DNA of 64,000 bases from Saccostrea cucullata. Lineage: Eukaryota. The position numbers and the translations under genes are program-made. Location of the stretch: the NCBI RefSeq assembly GCF_032062105.1, contig NW_026935546.1:1-64000 (forward strand), written 5' to 3'. This document shows, piece by piece, positions 58,561-64,000 of this stretch; position 1 is the first letter of the stretch; each line of letters starts with the position of its first letter. The notes under the pieces are model-generated. The model had not been told where the DNA came from and did not search any database. It worked only from the letters and a program-made list of their open reading frames with translations.

Positions 58561-60227
58561 ATGGTGTGTTGTGGATACTCCTCTTGGTGGGCCAAACTGT
58601 CCTGGGGGTGTGTGATGCTGGGCTCCCTCCTTCACGTGGTGGCGTGGTCCACCCCCTCCTGGATGATAGGAACCAGTGGGGGAACAACCACGAGGGTCGG
58701 GTTGTGGAAGACACGCACGTGCACGAGTACTTGTTCGGAGACTTCTGTTGATATTTCATATAAAAATGGTTAGTTTATTTAACTTATCAAAGATCACCTA
58801 AGGGAAAACGCTTATTGATAAGACTAGTAATAGATATATGAGTATGTATTGGTTTCCAAAAAAGAAAGACTTAAACAATGGCATGGTCAAGAATAATACC
58901 AACATATTGAAGAGTGGCTGAAGCACACTCACGGGCATTGGTATCTGGGTATCTGGTAATAAACACTACAATGTACTTGTCCTGATCACTACCAACAAAA
59001 TCAGAGCCGTAGTATAAGTTCACAATATCCTTCTTGAATTAGCTATTGACAAAAACCAATGTAATCTCTTTCAACCAAGCGAAATTGGGAGGTGTGAAAC
59101 ATCCTACTAAGAATAGATTATTTCAAGTCGATGATCCAGACGGTCAGAAAGGACAATTGATCCCGCTGGAACCTGTAAAGTTATAATTTACTGTATACAT
59201 GCCTCTTCTTTATGGAGCAGACATACGGAAAGCGTCATCTTAAATTAATATAGAATTTTCTATATGTGTGTGTTCGATTTCTCTCTTTAATGACACGTGT
59301 TCGATTTCTCTTTCTTATGACACGTGTTCGGTTTTGTTTCAGATTCTTTTAGGACAACCCAGGCGATGGAGACAATCGCCTTCATTCTGTGCCTGCTGAT
59401 ACCGATACTGATGGGAGTGTATGTAATGTCGGATCGCTTCAGGGGACCCAGACTGGCGGCCTGGTGTATGGCGGGATGTTTTGTTACAGGTAACATTTTG
59501 TGGGATGGTTGCGAGTTAAATGTTATTAGATTTTTACACTATAACACTGTTTTTTTTAAGATAAACAACAGAATTTCTCGGTGCCATGATTATGTTAACC
59601 AAGATATAAGTTAACTGAATTATTTTACCTGATTATTGAATAAGTGTTAAGTCACGTGACTCACATCATTTATTTAGAACAGTACTCAGATTTGCAGTGT
59701 ATAACTTTATTTGTTACTTTACAAATGTTGCCATAGAACTTTAACGTTTAATTGGGCACTCGAATGGTGTTTCTTACAATGTAAGTAAAAAACAATCTTT
59801 TCCAGCATTGTTTTTACTAATGGGGATGATTGCATGGCTCGTATACGTCACGGATCCCTGGGCAGTGTCATACTCATTTGGGTTCAGTGTAATAGCGCTC
59901 GTATTGCTGTTCATAGCTGGATTTCTTCTCATCCCAGACATCGACGAGGAAAGATCTTATGGATTTTGTACAGACTGCACTTCACCAGGGTCAGGGGTCA
60001 GGAAAAAAACAAGATCCGTGTCTCCAGATTTCAGTAGCGAAAGGGACTACTCCCGGAACGACCGTATCACGCCTTTATCATCACGGTCCGAATATGACCG
60101 AATGCCACAACCCATGACACCGGTGGAAAATACATGGAACAGAAGCAATAATAGTTATAATTCCGATCCTGCTACTTTTAATAACATTTCTCCAATTACT
60201 TTACAGAGGGATCGCGTAGCCTACTGA
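58561..60227 (+). CDS. Claudin/PMP22/EMP/MP20-superfamily four-transmembrane protein (258 aa)
   Basis: Exons 58561-58768, 59343-59489 and 59806-60227, all phase 1 (777 nt). The signature W...GLW..C...C (STPSWMIG...RVGLWKTRTCTSTC) and four hydrophobic segments are present, with SYSFGFSVIA before TM4 and a Ser/Arg-rich tail ending RDRVAY. Confidence 0.9.
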
Positions 60228-61083
60228 TAACATTTTGTTCACTTGACTTATTTGTTATTTGCATACTTTACAGAAAATAAATTGACACTCATGTATCATG
60301 ATTGCCATGGATTAACTTCTAAAGAAAGCTTTCCTTTAAACATGACCTGCAATACTTTTTGTCCCCCGCTTGAAAAGTGGATATTATGACGACGACCCAG
60401 AGTCCGTCTTTCTGTCTGTCTGTAACGCTTTCGTATCCACATGATATCTCGAGAACCCTTTGAGCTTTTGCAATGAAATTTTGCATAGCAACTCCCTATC
60501 GACTAAAGAAGACCCCTATTGATTTTGAGGTCAAAAGGTCAAAGGTCAAGGTCATAAATAAGCAAATTCTGTCTGTTATAACACTTTCGTTTCCACACGA
60601 TATCTCGAGAACCCTTAAAGCTTTTGCAATGATATTTTACATAAAACTCCCTGTGGTTAAACAAAATTTTGAGGTCAAAATAAGTTCAAGGTCATAAATT
60701 TATACATTCTGTTTGTATGAAACACTATCATTTTCGGGCGATATTTCAAGAAGATTTTGAGCTTTTGCTATGTAATGTTATACCAAAACTCCCTAGGACC
60801 TCTCTCACTCCTCTCAAAGTGCCCCGCCCCGCTTGTTTTATTAGTATTTATTGTATTACATGTCGCTATTTTTAGCACAGGGGCATGAGGAGAGTTATTG
60901 CGTATAAAACAGGTTCTCGGCGGACATTATGTTCTTATTACATCTATTAGAACTGTTTAATAAAGGCTAAATAAAACAAACACCGTATATTGTGTATAGA
61001 ATGCAAAATTTTGATAATACCGAACATGAATGTATACATGTATGCGACTTCATGATTGCATATAATTTGCTTCCCAGTAGAGC

Positions 61084-61155
61084 GACCCCGTGGTGTAGTG
61101 GTATGTCTCTCGCTTCACATGTGAAAGGTCCCCGGTTCGATTCCCCGACGAATCA
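61084..61155 (+). pseudogene. Degenerate tRNA-Val(CAC)-like sequence (tRNA pseudogene or SINE head)
   Basis: GACCCCGTGGTGTAGTGGTATGTCTCTCGCTTCACATGTGAAAGGTCCCCGGTTCGATTCCCCGACGAATCA has an A box, a CAC anticodon loop and B box GGTTCGATTCC, followed by a T-run. The acceptor and T stems are mismatched. Confidence 0.65.
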
Positions 61156-61855
61156 TTAATTTTTTTTTTCCCGAAATACTTTTTTTTCACTAAATAATAG
61201 TATTCAGCATGAGAAATGAAAAATTTATGAGGAGTGGCTTGTACAAACTCATAAGATCATCATTACAGGGTGTTAAATATTCATATAAAAAGAATCTTTT
61301 ATACATTTAATAAAGAATAAGCAATCAAATCTTTATATCCATATTGCCATATTTTATTTGCTTCATTAAACATGTATACATTTAATAATTCTACAAATTC
61401 AGTCAGGGGGATCCGACTCCCCCCCCCCCCTCCCCACGAACTGTGTATTTTTTACTTTTTCCCTAAGCGGGGGACACAAATTCTCTGAATTAGCTTGTTT
61501 CCCATCTGTTCATTGCTTTATGTCGTCGACCCAATGTTCTATCTTGCCATATCAAGCGAAGAAATAACACTTTTTGTGATAAGCTTAACTGAAAAGACGT
61601 TTAACAAAAACAATACGAACTTTACATGACATGATCGAATTTCATAGCAGGTAATTGTTTTCCTCAACAAAGAAAAGAAAGCCAATCAAACGCTTGTCAG
61701 ATTTTTAAAACACAGTGCTCAGTGACACAAAAATACGTATCTAAAACAATTTACCCCTTTCATTTTATAATCTGGTTTAGTACTGTTCCACAACGACAAA
61801 ATGAGAAAATTTGGAGAAATTTAACTCTTCCCATATTGGAACTATATACTGTAAA

Positions 61856-62011
61856 ATGGGTTGCTGCGGAGAGGCTTCCGGTTGGGCGAAGATAGGTTTT
61901 CTGTTGTTGATGTGTGCTACAGGACTTCAGATTGCGGGCAATGTAACCAACAACTGGATGACGTATAACACGGTGAAGGACACCTTTGACCTCCGAGTGG
62001 GACTGTGGTGG
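61856..62011 (+). CDS. First exon (possibly truncated) of a second claudin/PMP22-like paralog
   Basis: MGCCGEASGWAKIGFLLLMCATGLQIAGNVTNNWMTYNTVKDTFDLRVGLWW aligns with the N-terminus of the 58561 gene (MVCCGYSSWWAKL...W...RVGLW). Similarity stops right after GLWW, and no later exons are recognisable in the window. Confidence 0.7.
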
Positions 62012-64000
62012 TTAAACTGCTTTGTCCTGTCACACCGAGAAAAGTACCTTCGTGTATAAACTGACTCATATATTCTTAATACTGTATGTAGTTGTGAGAT
62101 TTTCCATATTTTCCTACTGTGTAAAAAAAAAATAAGATAAACACACAATATTTAATTTATTGACTGGGTTCGAGGGCAATACGCGTTTTGTTGGACCCAA
62201 GAAGCTAACTGTTTGGCCGAGGCCACCGAAAGTGAATAGTTTGCAACAGGTGGACGACAAACCGCGTTTTTTCGGAGAACACAGTCAATAAATGTTAATT
62301 TGTTATTACAAAGTACATTTTACTGTTTGCGATAGGTGATGTCGACTACAGTTTGACGCAAAAACCATCAAAACTGTCCAACATTTGACTTACAAATCCA
62401 ATGTATCACCCAGCAGTCCTATCTCGATTTTTTGGACTGCGCAAATACACATTGGATATGTTAAATTTTCTTAAAGTATAACTTTATATTGGAAACGATT
62501 TTTAAATTTATAACACCGTTTCTTTCGAACATTGTCTTATTTTGCAACTCAAATTTCTTGTCATGTTTGTATCAGAATCAATTCTGGGTTTGGTATTTAT
62601 AATCCCATGTCCTTTTTAAATTATAATTATTTACTATGGGGGGGGGGGGGGCCTTCAGTGCTTAGTAAAAAATTGAAATGCTAAAAAAGATTTGGCGCAG
62701 AAAGGAATTGAATTCTGGGTTTCAAAAGTACAAGGGGTCGTCCTCTTTAAATTAGGTCCAGGGCAAAGCCCTGGTGGGGGACCAGGGGGCGGAGCCCCCG
62801 CAAGCTCCTTGATTCTAGAGATTTTATAGGGTAAAAATGAGGTCTACCGAGTAGACATATTTACAACACTGTGATTTACGTTAACTTTGACAATTTTAGG
62901 GGGGCGTGAGCCGGGTGTGCCCCCCCCCTTAAATCCGCCACTGGGATATATCTTTTTTTAACACACACAATTCTTTTCAAAGCGATTCAAAAGCCTGTGG
63001 TTTGGGGTAATGGAAAGGACACAAAACCCGAGGTTTGCGACGATGTCCTCAGTCCCCACTTCTTCAAGTCAATATTTGATTGAGGTTCAATATAATTTAT
63101 ATTATTGGGTCTTCTCAGTCCTTTTCTCGAAGGAATCTTGTAGGTTTTTAAAGCTTGGTTTTTGGTTTTGTTTGTTGTTGTTTTTTTTTATCGTCGTTCT
63201 TTCCTTATTTTCTTTCTCATGGAATTCAAAAGATGTAGCTGTCGGAAGTATAGGTTTTGTCTTTTGAATTTACAACTCTCGTTAAAGAATACTTCATATT
63301 AAAAAACGTCATTTTAATTAAATACATTAAATTAAAGTCAGAGTTAAAGAAAAATTTTGCAAGTCACTTGTTCTTTAATATATTTTATGCACATGAGAAC
63401 GAAGTTTTGCACGTTTCCGTTTTATATTGGCAGCCTTGCCAAATCTTTTAAAATCAGTCTGACGATATCCCAAACGAAACGACATTAAAGTTGACGTATT
63501 CAATTAAGCATAGCACCTGCTAACAAATAATTCACTTTCTACTGAAAGGCTCTTTATTGTATTTATTGTATACATTCTACAATGAAAGAAATCTCCGAGT
63601 CTGGCCAAACTGACAATTTTGTTCGATGACGTTTATTTTATATTTGATATTTTGAAATAAATCTCATAAAAGGATAGATATTAAACTATTTTATGTATGC
63701 ATATAAAATTGATTTATGGTTCATTTAAAAGTAGTCTATATTTTTTCCCCGACTTATCAAGCCTCAATAAGTTGTATTTTTTAAATTCAATTAAAAGTTT
63801 AAGATAGTGCCACACAAAGTCCGTTTTGCAATTATATATATTTCATTTTTCAAAAATATATATCAAATATTTCTTATCATTAAAAACCTTCTGTTTAATA
63901 CACTTTTGTAAATACATGTACTTCTTGTATATTTGAAAACTCATTTTCATTGAACTGTCAATCGCAGTCTGCACTCATTCAAAAGTTTGCGAAGCTACAA

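Overview
AT-rich eukaryotic genomic DNA with spliceosomal introns. Its gene families and repeats (RING-less B-box/NHL TRIMs starting MDPRTSAQDV, Deu/Nin-type SINE, Naiad-like Penelope RT, Helentron-type repeats) point to a bivalve, most likely an oyster; this is an inference. Genes were reconstructed by hand from GT-AG sites and reading-frame phase. From left to right: the last two exons of a tandem-CARD protein with a long acidic tail (1.4-5.6 kb); a decaying array of three TRIM-NHL copies, one intact (23.5-25.3 kb) and two relics, separated by a stack of transposons (Gypsy, mariner, Penelope-like, a TTAA MITE and a young L1/Tx1 LINE); a secreted protein with a 6-Cys beta-defensin/clip-like module fused to a chymotrypsin-family protease (27.4-31.1 kb), whose middle is scrambled and probably mis-assembled; a six-exon EXD1/Egalitarian-like protein with every DEDDy catalytic residue substituted (33.0-35.8 kb); an SHB/SHD/SHE/SHF-family SH2 adaptor (41.4-54.7 kb); a claudin/PMP22-like gene plus the start of a second paralog (58.6-62.0 kb); and a degenerate tRNA-Val. 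The defensin/clip-protease and the EXD1-like gene are largely invisible in the ORF track and are the most interesting candidates. All family assignments come from motif recognition; no database searches were run.
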